A stretch of 32,000 nt of DNA from Xanthomonas campestris pv. campestris str. ATCC 33913. Its GTDB lineage: Bacteria > Pseudomonadota > Gammaproteobacteria > Xanthomonadales > Xanthomonadaceae. Shown here piece after piece: positions 1-7,297 of this stretch (position 1 is its first letter; each line of letters starts with the position of its first letter). The position numbers and the translations under genes are program-made. The stretch spans positions 3,476,497-3,508,496 of the forward strand of contig NC_003902.1 in the NCBI RefSeq assembly GCF_000007145.1, read 5' to 3'. The notes under the pieces were generated by a model. It worked only from the letters and a program-made list of their open reading frames with translations, was not told the origin of the DNA and ran no database searches.

Positions 1-104
1 AGGGCGCCCTTGGACCGGGAAGTCGCGCATTCGCAACCCGCCGGGCGCGCCATCGCCCACCGCTTGAAGTTACCATCGGCAGCTTGTTCTAAAGGTTTAG
101 CCCC

Positions 105-1055
105 ATGTCGCTCGACGTCGTTGTGGTGATGGATCCCATCGCCTCCATCAAGATCGCCAAAGACACCACCTTCGCCATGTTGCTGGAAGCCCAGCGCCGT
201 GGTCACCGCCTGCATTATGTGCGCCCCGGCGGACTCAGCCTGCATGAAGGACGCGCCGTGGCGCAGGTCGCGCCGCTGAGCGTGCGCGAGGACAAGGCCA
301 GCTGGTTCACCCTGGGCGCGTTCACCGAGCTGGTGTTTGGTCCCGGCCAGGTGGTGCTGATGCGCAAGGACCCGCCGGTGGATGCCGAGTTCATCTACGA
401 CACCCAGGTGCTGGCCGTGGCGCAGCGCGCCGGTGCCCAGGTGGTCAACGACCCGCAGGGCCTGCGCGACTACAACGAGAAGCTGGCCGCGCTGCTGTTC
501 CCGCAGTGCTGCCCGCCGACCCTGGTCAGCCGCGACGCGGCCGCGCTGAAGGCGTTCGTGCTCGCACATGGCCAGGCGGTGCTCAAGCCGCTGGACGGCA
601 TGGGCGGGCGCTCGATCTTCCGCAGCGGCACCGGCGACCCCAATCTCAACGTGATCCTGGAAACGCTGACCGATGGCGGCCGCAAGCTGACCCTGGCGCA
701 GCGCTTCATCCCCGACATCACTGCCGGCGACAAGCGCATCCTGCTGGTGGACGGCGAGCCGGTGGACTACTGCCTGGCACGCATCCCGCAGGGCGACGAG
801 TTCCGCGGCAACCTGGCCGCCGGCGGCCGCGGCGAAGGCCGCCCGCTGTCCGAGCGCGACCGTTGGATCGCCGCGCAGGTGGGCCCGGAAATGAAACGCC
901 GCGGCATGCGCTTCGTGGGCCTGGACGTGATCGGCGATTACCTCACCGAAGTCAACGTCACCAGCCCCACCTGCGTGCGTGAGCTGGATGCGCAGTTCGG
1001 GCTCAATATTGCCGGGCTGCTGTTCGATGCGATCGAGGCCGGCACCGCGCAATGA
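105..1055 (+). CDS. gshB: glutathione synthetase (prokaryotic ATP-grasp GshB)
   Basis: 316-aa ORF of typical GshB length. The N-terminus MSLDVVVVMDPIASIKIAKDTTFAMLLEAQRRGH and the C-terminal ATP-grasp block (RFVGLDVIGDYLTEVNVTSPT) match the GshB family from memory. Third-codon positions are strongly GC-biased. Confidence 0.93.
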   Translation: MSLDVVVVMDPIASIKIAKDTTFAMLLEAQRRGHRLHYVRPGGLSLHEGRAVAQVAPLSVREDKASWFTLGAFTELVFGPGQVVLMRKDPPVDAEFIYDTQVLAVAQRAGAQVVNDPQGLRDYNEKLAALLFPQCCPPTLVSRDAAALKAFVLAHGQAVLKPLDGMGGRSIFRSGTGDPNLNVILETLTDGGRKLTLAQRFIPDITAGDKRILLVDGEPVDYCLARIPQGDEFRGNLAAGGRGEGRPLSERDRWIAAQVGPEMKRRGMRFVGLDVIGDYLTEVNVTSPTCVRELDAQFGLNIAGLLFDAIEAGTAQ

Positions 1056-1927
1056 GCACGGCCGCGGCCTTGCCTGCACCGATGGACGAACGCCAGCGTC
1101 TGACCGCGACGCTGGTGATCTCGCTGCTGCTGCATGGCCTGCTGATCCTGGGTGTGGGCTTTGCGGTGAGCGAAGACGCACCGCTGGTGCCCACCCTGGA
1201 TGTGATCTTCAGCCAGACCAGCACCCCGCTGACGCCCAAGCAGGCCGACTTCCTGGCCCAGGCCAACCAGCAGGGCGGCGGCAACCACGACACCGCGCAG
1301 CGCCCGCGCGACAGCCAACCGGGCGTGGTACCGCAAGACCGCAACGGGCTGGCGCCGCAGGCGCAGCGCGCCACCACCGTGCAGGCGCCCTTGCCGACGC
1401 AGACGCGGGTGGTGTCCAGCCGCCGCGGCGAACAGGCCGTGCCGACGCCACAACCCAATCCGCAGACCGACCCGCTCTCGCCTGCCGACGCGCAACGCGT
1501 GCAGCGCGATGCCGAGATGGCGCGGCTGGCGGCCGAGGTGCATCTGCGCTCGGAGCAGTACGCCAAGCGCCCCAACCGCAAGTTCGTCTCTGCCAGCACC
1601 CGCGAGTACGCCTACGCGAACTATCTGCGTGCCTGGGTGGACCGCGCCGAACGGGTCGGCAACCTCAATTACCCTGACGAAGCGCGCCGCCGCCGGCTAG
1701 GCGGCAAGGTGGTAATCACCGTTGGCGTGCGCCGCGACGGCAGCGTGGAAAGCAGCCGCGTACTGGTCTCCAGCGGCACCCCGGTGCTGGATGCGGCCGC
1801 CTTGCGGGTGGTGCAACTGGCACAGCCGTTTCCGCCGCTGCCGCGCAGCAAGGACGATGTCGACATCCTGCAGGTCACCCGGACCTGGTTGTTCCTGCCC
1901 GGCGGCGAATTGCACGACGACCGCTGA
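1052..1927 (+). CDS. TonB-family energy transducer (TonB C-terminal domain protein)
   Basis: 291-aa ORF whose ATG overlaps the gshB stop (ATGA at 1052-1055). It has one N-terminal TM helix with the TonB S-x3-H signature (VISLLLHG) and a Pro/Gln-rich spacer. The C-terminal block (NYPDEARRRRLGGKVVITVGVRRDGSVESSRVLVSSGTPVLDAAALRVVQLAQPFPPLP) is typical of TonB_C. Confidence 0.8.
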   Translation: MSTAAALPAPMDERQRLTATLVISLLLHGLLILGVGFAVSEDAPLVPTLDVIFSQTSTPLTPKQADFLAQANQQGGGNHDTAQRPRDSQPGVVPQDRNGLAPQAQRATTVQAPLPTQTRVVSSRRGEQAVPTPQPNPQTDPLSPADAQRVQRDAEMARLAAEVHLRSEQYAKRPNRKFVSASTREYAYANYLRAWVDRAERVGNLNYPDEARRRRLGGKVVITVGVRRDGSVESSRVLVSSGTPVLDAAALRVVQLAQPFPPLPRSKDDVDILQVTRTWLFLPGGELHDDR

Positions 1928-2011
1928 GCGTGCATCCGCGAGGGGCTGAATGGGCACTGCCTGGGCACGCGCTGCTGGTCAATCGGTAGCGTCTTGATGA
2001 GCGCCCACATT

Positions 2012-2032
2012 GCGCGCTGGAGTGCAGCGCGC
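2012..2032. terminator. GC-rich hairpin in the convergent gap between the TonB-family gene and the ADP-ribosylglycohydrolase gene
   Basis: GCGCGCTG (2012-2019), loop gagtg, CAGCGCGC (2025-2032): a perfect 8-bp stem followed by TTCGATGTGTG on the + strand. There is no clean U-tract, so function as a terminator is tentative. Confidence 0.3.
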
Positions 2033-2131
2033 TTCGATGTGTGCGACTGGCCTTGGCTGCGCATACGTAAAGATGCAGGACGCCGGGCGATTGATCGCCT
2101 TCGTTGGCTTAGACGCGCTTCGCAGGTGCTA

Positions 2132-3055
2132 TCAGAGCACCTGAGCTGCTTCGTAGAGGCGATCGGCCAATGCGACGATCTCGGCGGCATCCTGCACCCG
2201 TTCACGCCAGGCCGCCGGAATGCCGTCGATGCCGTAGAACGCGCCGGCCAGTTGCCCGCAGATCGCTGCGGTGGTGTCGGCGTCGTCACCGAGGTTGGCC
2301 GCGCGCAGCACTGCATCGGCAAAGGTGTCTGTGGTGGCGAAGCACCACAACGCCGCCGACAACGCATCGACCACGTAGCCGGTGCCGCGGATCTGCGCAC
2401 GTGCCACGGATGCATGCACGCGCACCAACAGCGCGCCAATTGCCGGCGTCACCAACGATTGCGACGGCAACGCGGCTGGCCGCAACACCTCATCGCGGCC
2501 GCTGCCGAGCAGCGCCGCACGCAGCTGGAACGCAAACAGGCGGCACGCATCCAGCGCCTCTGGCGCGGCATGGGTGGTGCGTGAGCTGTCTGCGGCGCGC
2601 TCGCCCAGTTGCTCGGGACGCTGCGCGTAAAACATCGCCACCGGGGCCAGACGCATCAGCGAGCCGTTGCCCGCCGAGCGCGGGTCGTCGCTGCCGCTGA
2701 AAGCCGGGCCGCCATCCAGATAGCGCTCCAGCGCCTGGCGGACGGTGCCGCCGATATCGAAACAGGTGCCGGTGCTGCTGAGATAACCGTGCTGGTACCA
2801 GTTGCAATAGCGGTTCATCTGATCGGCGGCGTCGAAGCCCTGCCGATACAGCAGGCTGTGCGCCAGGCACAGCGCCATGGAGGTGTCGTCGGTCCATTGC
2901 CCGGCGCGCAAGGCGAACGGCCCGCCACCGTGCATGTCAGTGATCGGGGTGAAGCTGCCGGGCGCGCAGAATTCCAGCGTGGTGCCAACTGCATCGCCCA
3001 CCGCCAGTCCCAGCAGGCAACCGCGGAAACGCGCCTGTACCGTTGCACTATTCAT
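2132..3055 (-). CDS. ADP-ribosylglycohydrolase family protein
   Basis: The N-terminus MNSATVQARFRGCLLGLAVGDAVGTTLEF, the later DDTSMALCLA, and the C-terminal LGDDADTTAAICGQLAGAFYG are the hallmark metal-binding motifs of the ARH/DraG family. The track ORF begins at a TTG (3058). The ATG at 3055 is the more likely start and overlaps the tsaB stop (TGATG). Confidence 0.88.
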   Translation of the reverse strand: MNSATVQARFRGCLLGLAVGDAVGTTLEFCAPGSFTPITDMHGGGPFALRAGQWTDDTSMALCLAHSLLYRQGFDAADQMNRYCNWYQHGYLSSTGTCFDIGGTVRQALERYLDGGPAFSGSDDPRSAGNGSLMRLAPVAMFYAQRPEQLGERAADSSRTTHAAPEALDACRLFAFQLRAALLGSGRDEVLRPAALPSQSLVTPAIGALLVRVHASVARAQIRGTGYVVDALSAALWCFATTDTFADAVLRAANLGDDADTTAAICGQLAGAFYGIDGIPAAWRERVQDAAEIVALADRLYEAAQVL

Positions 3056-3774
3056 CAACGTGGAACCGCCGCCGCCTTCGCTGCGCGTGCGGCCTGCTGT
3101 TCGACCAGGGTGAGCGCGACGTTGTCACGCAGATAGGCCGGCTCCACCCGCTCCGGCGCCACGCCTTCGCCGCGCAGCGCTGCAGGCAGCGCCAAGGTCA
3201 GCAGGTCCGCGGCATGTGGCAGCGCAGCCGCATCCACGCTGGACAGGCGGCCGGCGAAGCGTTGCTGCAGCGGCATCTCGCCGGCAGCCAGGCCGGTACC
3301 GACGCCGGCCCACTGCGGTGTGCTTTGCGGCAGCAGCACGGCTTCCGGCGCGCAGACCACTTCGGACCCGAGCGTCAGTAGCGCCTCGCCCTGACGCTCG
3401 AACAGCCCGGCATACACCTCGCCCATCCGCGCATCGATGCAAGCCAGCACATGGCTCGCCTCGGCCGGTGCGCGCAGTGCCAAGACCTGCAGGGTGGAGA
3501 TGGCGAGCACCGGCAGATCCAGTGCCAATGCAATGCCCTGCACGATACCGATCGCCAGGCGCACGCCGCTGAAGGCACCGGGCCCGCGGCCCACTGCAAT
3601 CGCATCCAGCTGGCGGCGGCTGATGCCGGCTTCGGCAAGCAGCTGCTCGGCCCAGGGCAGCGCCAGCTCCGCGTGCCGGCGTGGCGCGAGTTCGAAGCGC
3701 TCACGTACGGCTCCATCGACATGCAGCGCGACGGAGCAGGCTTCGGTGGAGGTTTCGAATGCGAGGATTTTCAT
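3055..3774 (-). CDS. tsaB: tRNA t6A37 threonylcarbamoyl-transfer protein TsaB (YeaZ)
   Basis: MKILAFETSTEACSVAL... aligns from residue 1 with E. coli TsaB (MRILAIDTATEACSVAL), and the GRGPGAFSGVRLAIGIVQGIALA motif is present. The track ORF (to 3825) starts at an upstream TTG and adds 17 implausible residues, so I use the ATG at 3772-3774. Confidence 0.88.
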   Translation of the reverse strand: MKILAFETSTEACSVALHVDGAVRERFELAPRRHAELALPWAEQLLAEAGISRRQLDAIAVGRGPGAFSGVRLAIGIVQGIALALDLPVLAISTLQVLALRAPAEASHVLACIDARMGEVYAGLFERQGEALLTLGSEVVCAPEAVLLPQSTPQWAGVGTGLAAGEMPLQQRFAGRLSSVDAAALPHAADLLTLALPAALRGEGVAPERVEPAYLRDNVALTLVEQQAARAAKAAAVPR

Positions 3775-4249
3775 GGGCGAGAACCGTGAATCAGGGACCG
3801 GGAATCGGGGCCCGGAGAGACGCAAAGTTTAACTGATCGACCTGGGGCGCCCGAGTCGGGGCGTAAGCCGGGTCGTAACGGGTTGGCGGAGGGCGGCATG
3901 CGGCGGGGCGTCTATGTCGATGGATGACGCCACGTGCTGCGGTGACGGGAGGCTCGCAGCAGCACTGACTAAGAGCGGCTAACAAAACGCAGCGAGCAGC
4001 CGTCAGGTGGGTGCGGACGGCGCGGAGGAACCGGAGTGTCCATGGGTACATGCCGATTCCGAGCACCGGCCGCGCCCGCCTGCCGGCTGCGCAGTCGTTT
4101 TGATAGCTGCTCTAAGATTTGCATCAGCGGCGACCGTGCGGCAGTGCCGCTGTCGGCAGCGCCTTTGGCACAGTTCGGCATGCGTACCTGCAGCAGTCTT
4201 CGCAGCGAATCCATCCACGCGCAGCGACGCAATCGCCACTAACCGCTGC

Positions 4250-6256
4250 TCAGTCGGGCAGCAACGTCGCAATCTCTGATCCGGCCTGCCCAGTCTCCGG
4301 CCCCGAGCCGAAAAACGCACGCACATCATCGATCTCGCGGGTGCGCGAAAATGGCGGCAACGAATTCAGGAAGGTACGCCCGTAGCCCTTGTTCAGTAGC
4401 CGCGGGTCGCATAAGACCAGCACGCCGCGATCGGTTTCGCTGCGGATCAGCCGGCCCACACCCTGCTTGAGCGCGATCACCGCCTGCGGCAATTGTTCAT
4501 CGCGGAAGGGATTGCCGCCGTCGCGGCGGATCGCATCCAGGCGTGCCTCGAATACCGGATCGTCGGGTGCGGCGAACGGCAGCTTGTCGATCACCACCAC
4601 GCTCAACGCATCGCCAACCACATCCACGCCCTCGCGGAAGCTGGCCGAACCCAGCAGCACGCCATTGCCCGAGGTGCGAAAACGCTGCAGCAAGGTCGCG
4701 CGCGGCGCCTCGCCCTGCACGAACAACGGCCACGGCCCATCGCGCAAGGCTTCGGCCGCTTCACGCAGGGCGCGGTGCGAGGCGAACAGCAAAAACGCGC
4801 GGCCATTGGAGGCTTCCAGCACCGGATGCAGTGCGGCGATCAGCGCCGTGCCGAAACCGCGCGCTGCCGGGTCCGGCAGATTCGGCGGCAGATAACACAG
4901 CGCCTGACGCGCCCAATCGAACGGGCTGGGCTGCAGCAAGGTGATCGGGTCGTTCAAGCCCAGCCGCAAGGCGATGTGGTCGAACTCCCCGCCCACCGCC
5001 AGCGTGGCGGAGGTAAACACCCACGCCGCCTGCGATTTTTCGCGGTGCTCGCGCAACGGGCCGGACACATCCAGCGGCGTGCGCTGGCAACGAAAGCCGC
5101 GCGGGCTGAGCTCGTACCACAGCACGTCGTTGTCCACCGTTTCCGGCAGGTCCTGTTCGAAATCCGGCACCGGCACGTCTTCGCCCAGCCAGCGCGACAG
5201 GCGATTGAGCGCCTCCTGCGCACGCGCCGTGCAGCCGTCAAACCCCGGCGAAGCCTCGCGCAACGGCAGCAACGCCTCGCCCAGCCGCGCCAGCGCGGAC
5301 AGCACCGCATCGAAGCCCTCGCGCACCTGCGGCTTGGCCAGCGCGCGCCATTGCGTGCCGCGCGGCGGCAGGCCTTCCATGCCTGCGCGTAGCCCGCGCA
5401 GGGCGTCGTCCAGCGCCAGGATCGGCGCCTGCAGGCTGGCCTGCGCGCCGGCCACCAACCGCGCCTCCACCATGCAATCACGAGCCAGTTCCTGCCATGG
5501 CCGCATGCCGAAGCTCTCGCCAAAGAAATTGGCCGCCAGTTCCGGCAGCTGATGCGCCTCGTCGATCACGAAGGCCTGCGCGCCCGGCAGGATTTCGCCA
5601 AACCCCTCCTGCTTGAGCGCCAGATCGGCCAGCAGCAGATGGTGGTTGACCACCACCAGATCGGCCGCCTGGGCACGCTGCCGCGCCTGCACCACGAAAC
5701 ATTCCGAATAGAACGGGCATTCCGTGCCCAGGCAGTTGTCGACGGTGGAGGTGACCATCGGCAGCAGCGGCGAGTCGTCCGGCAATGCATCCAGCTCGGC
5801 CATGTCACCGAACTGGGTGCGCCCACTCCAGGCCACGATGCGCTGGAACTGGGTGACCTGCTCGGGGCTGGCAAACCGGGGTTCACCACGCGCCTGCTGG
5901 GTGCGGTATTTGCACAGATAATTGGCGCGTCCCTTGAGCAGCGCACTGCGCAGACCGATGCCAAGCGCGGCGCGCACGCGCGGCAGATCGCGATGGAACA
6001 GTTGGTCCTGCAGCGCGCGCGTGCCGGTGGAGACGATGGTCTTCAGCCCGGACAACAACGCCGGCACCAGATACGCATAGGTCTTGCCGGTACCGGTACC
6101 GGCCTCGGCCAGCAGCACGTCGCGCTGTTCGAAGGCCTCGGCAATGGCGCCGGTCAGGCGCAACTGCGCGGCACGTGGCGCGAACGCGTCGAGCTGGCGC
6201 GCGAGCGCCCCGCCTTCGCTAAGCGCCTCGATGCTGGCAGTGGCAAGTTGGGACAT
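4250..6256 (-). CDS. dinG: ATP-dependent DNA helicase, DinG/YoaA (XPD/Rad3-like, Fe-S) family
   Basis: 668-aa ORF with Walker A AEAGTGTGKTYAYLVPAL and a DEAH-type box VIDEAHQL. A four-Cys Fe-S cluster pattern is present (ANYLCKY ... NCLGTECPFYSECF). C-terminal helicase motifs are also seen (TSATL, GSASFREGVD). Confidence 0.9.
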   Translation of the reverse strand: MSQLATASIEALSEGGALARQLDAFAPRAAQLRLTGAIAEAFEQRDVLLAEAGTGTGKTYAYLVPALLSGLKTIVSTGTRALQDQLFHRDLPRVRAALGIGLRSALLKGRANYLCKYRTQQARGEPRFASPEQVTQFQRIVAWSGRTQFGDMAELDALPDDSPLLPMVTSTVDNCLGTECPFYSECFVVQARQRAQAADLVVVNHHLLLADLALKQEGFGEILPGAQAFVIDEAHQLPELAANFFGESFGMRPWQELARDCMVEARLVAGAQASLQAPILALDDALRGLRAGMEGLPPRGTQWRALAKPQVREGFDAVLSALARLGEALLPLREASPGFDGCTARAQEALNRLSRWLGEDVPVPDFEQDLPETVDNDVLWYELSPRGFRCQRTPLDVSGPLREHREKSQAAWVFTSATLAVGGEFDHIALRLGLNDPITLLQPSPFDWARQALCYLPPNLPDPAARGFGTALIAALHPVLEASNGRAFLLFASHRALREAAEALRDGPWPLFVQGEAPRATLLQRFRTSGNGVLLGSASFREGVDVVGDALSVVVIDKLPFAAPDDPVFEARLDAIRRDGGNPFRDEQLPQAVIALKQGVGRLIRSETDRGVLVLCDPRLLNKGYGRTFLNSLPPFSRTREIDDVRAFFGSGPETGQAGSEIATLLPD

Positions 6257-6733
6257 GACGGACGACGACAGCGTGGGGAACGCAACAGCCTAACGCGTGC
6301 GCGCGGCCGCTGCCTTGGCGGGGCATGGCGGATCGCACGCCAGGCGATACTGTTGAAGGACGAGCATGAGCGTGAAGGACGGGCCTGGGCGCGGAGCCTG
6401 TTGCGGGCGGCGTGGCACCACGCGACTGCCGGCCTCAACGTGAGGCGCTAATCGTTGGCGGCCACGGGCCGGATTGGAGCTTGAATGCGCTACCCGGCTG
6501 CAGACGCCGCGCCTTGGGGCACGCCGTGGTCTCCAGGACCTTCCGGCCTACCGGCACGGTTTCGGACCATCGGCATGACTTGCCAGGCAGCCACGAGCGA
6601 ACGAGACAAACAGCAGGCCGTTGACTGTGCGCATCCTCAAGGCTGCGAGCAGCGCTTCGCACATGCCACCTAACCGCCCGCACACATCAACGCGTCGCAG
6701 GCGGCCGCGCGCGCCGTGCCTCACCCCACTCCC

Positions 6734-6751
6734 AGGGCGGCTACCCGCCCT
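6734..6751 (-). terminator. hairpin immediately downstream of the lipoprotein gene
   Basis: AGGGCGG (6734-6740), loop ctac, CCGCCCT (6745-6751): a 7-bp GC stem located 10 nt after the stop at 6761-6763. No U-tract follows on the minus strand. Confidence 0.35.
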
Positions 6752-6760
6752 GCAGCTCGA

Positions 6761-7285
6761 TCAATACCGCTTCACGCCCGGCACCGTGCACCCGACGATC
6801 TGCGCCTTGGCCGAGGCCGCGTTTTCTTTTTCGCCACGCGCCAAGCGCGCCTGTTCGATGGTCGCCCAATGACGGCGGCACAGCGGGCCGGTCTTGGAAC
6901 CCAGTTCGATGGCCTGCTTGGCAAAGCGCTCGGAGGCATTCCAATCGCCCTGCAACACGGCCACTTCGGCGCGCTCCTGCAGAATCGCCGGGTCACCGGA
7001 CACCAGGCCCAGTGCCTGATCGAGCGCCGCCGCCGCCGCGGCCAGGTCGCCGATCTGGCGCTTGGCCTTGGCGGTTTCGCGCAGATCGTCCACTTGCGGG
7101 TCGCGCAGCGGCTGCACCGACAGCTCGGTATCGTCGACGCCGGCTTCGCGTTCGATCAAGGCCAGCCGTTGCGCCGGGGTGGTGGTGTCCACCGGCGCCG
7201 GTGGTGGCGCGGGCGGCGCGCTGATGCAGGCGGTCAGGGTGGCGAGGACGCCAACAAGGGCAAGCAAACGGTGCAATCGGATCAT
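6761..7285 (-). CDS. outer-membrane lipoprotein with Pro-rich linker and TPR-like helical domain (LpoP-like candidate PBP1B partner)
   Basis: 174-aa ORF with an ATG start and an AGGA Shine-Dalgarno 7 nt upstream, lying 12 nt downstream of the mrcB stop. It has a signal peptide with lipobox LATLTAC and a Pro/Ala linker (SAPPAPPPAPVDTTTP). Helical TPR-like repeats follow (IGDLAAAAAALDQALGL..., AVLQGDWNASERFAKQAIELG). GC3 bias is strong. Confidence 0.75.
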   Translation of the reverse strand: MIRLHRLLALVGVLATLTACISAPPAPPPAPVDTTTPAQRLALIEREAGVDDTELSVQPLRDPQVDDLRETAKAKRQIGDLAAAAAALDQALGLVSGDPAILQERAEVAVLQGDWNASERFAKQAIELGSKTGPLCRRHWATIEQARLARGEKENAASAKAQIVGCTVPGVKRY

Positions 7286-7297
7286 GAGTCGTTCCTG

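Noticed and set aside
1994-2584. 196-aa plus-strand ORF
   Set aside because: It is mostly antisense to the ADP-ribosylglycohydrolase gene and has shadow-frame composition.
3791-3815. gaatcagggaccgggaatcgggg, reminiscent of gggaatc heptamer tandem repeats
   Set aside because: There are only about two degenerate units, too few to call a tandem repeat, so it is noted only within the intergenic finding.
6412-6872. Small ORFs (62-83 aa) in the gap upstream of the helicase gene
   Set aside because: Third-codon positions are not GC-enriched as in the surrounding genes, there are no ribosome-binding sites, and the sequences are not protein-like.
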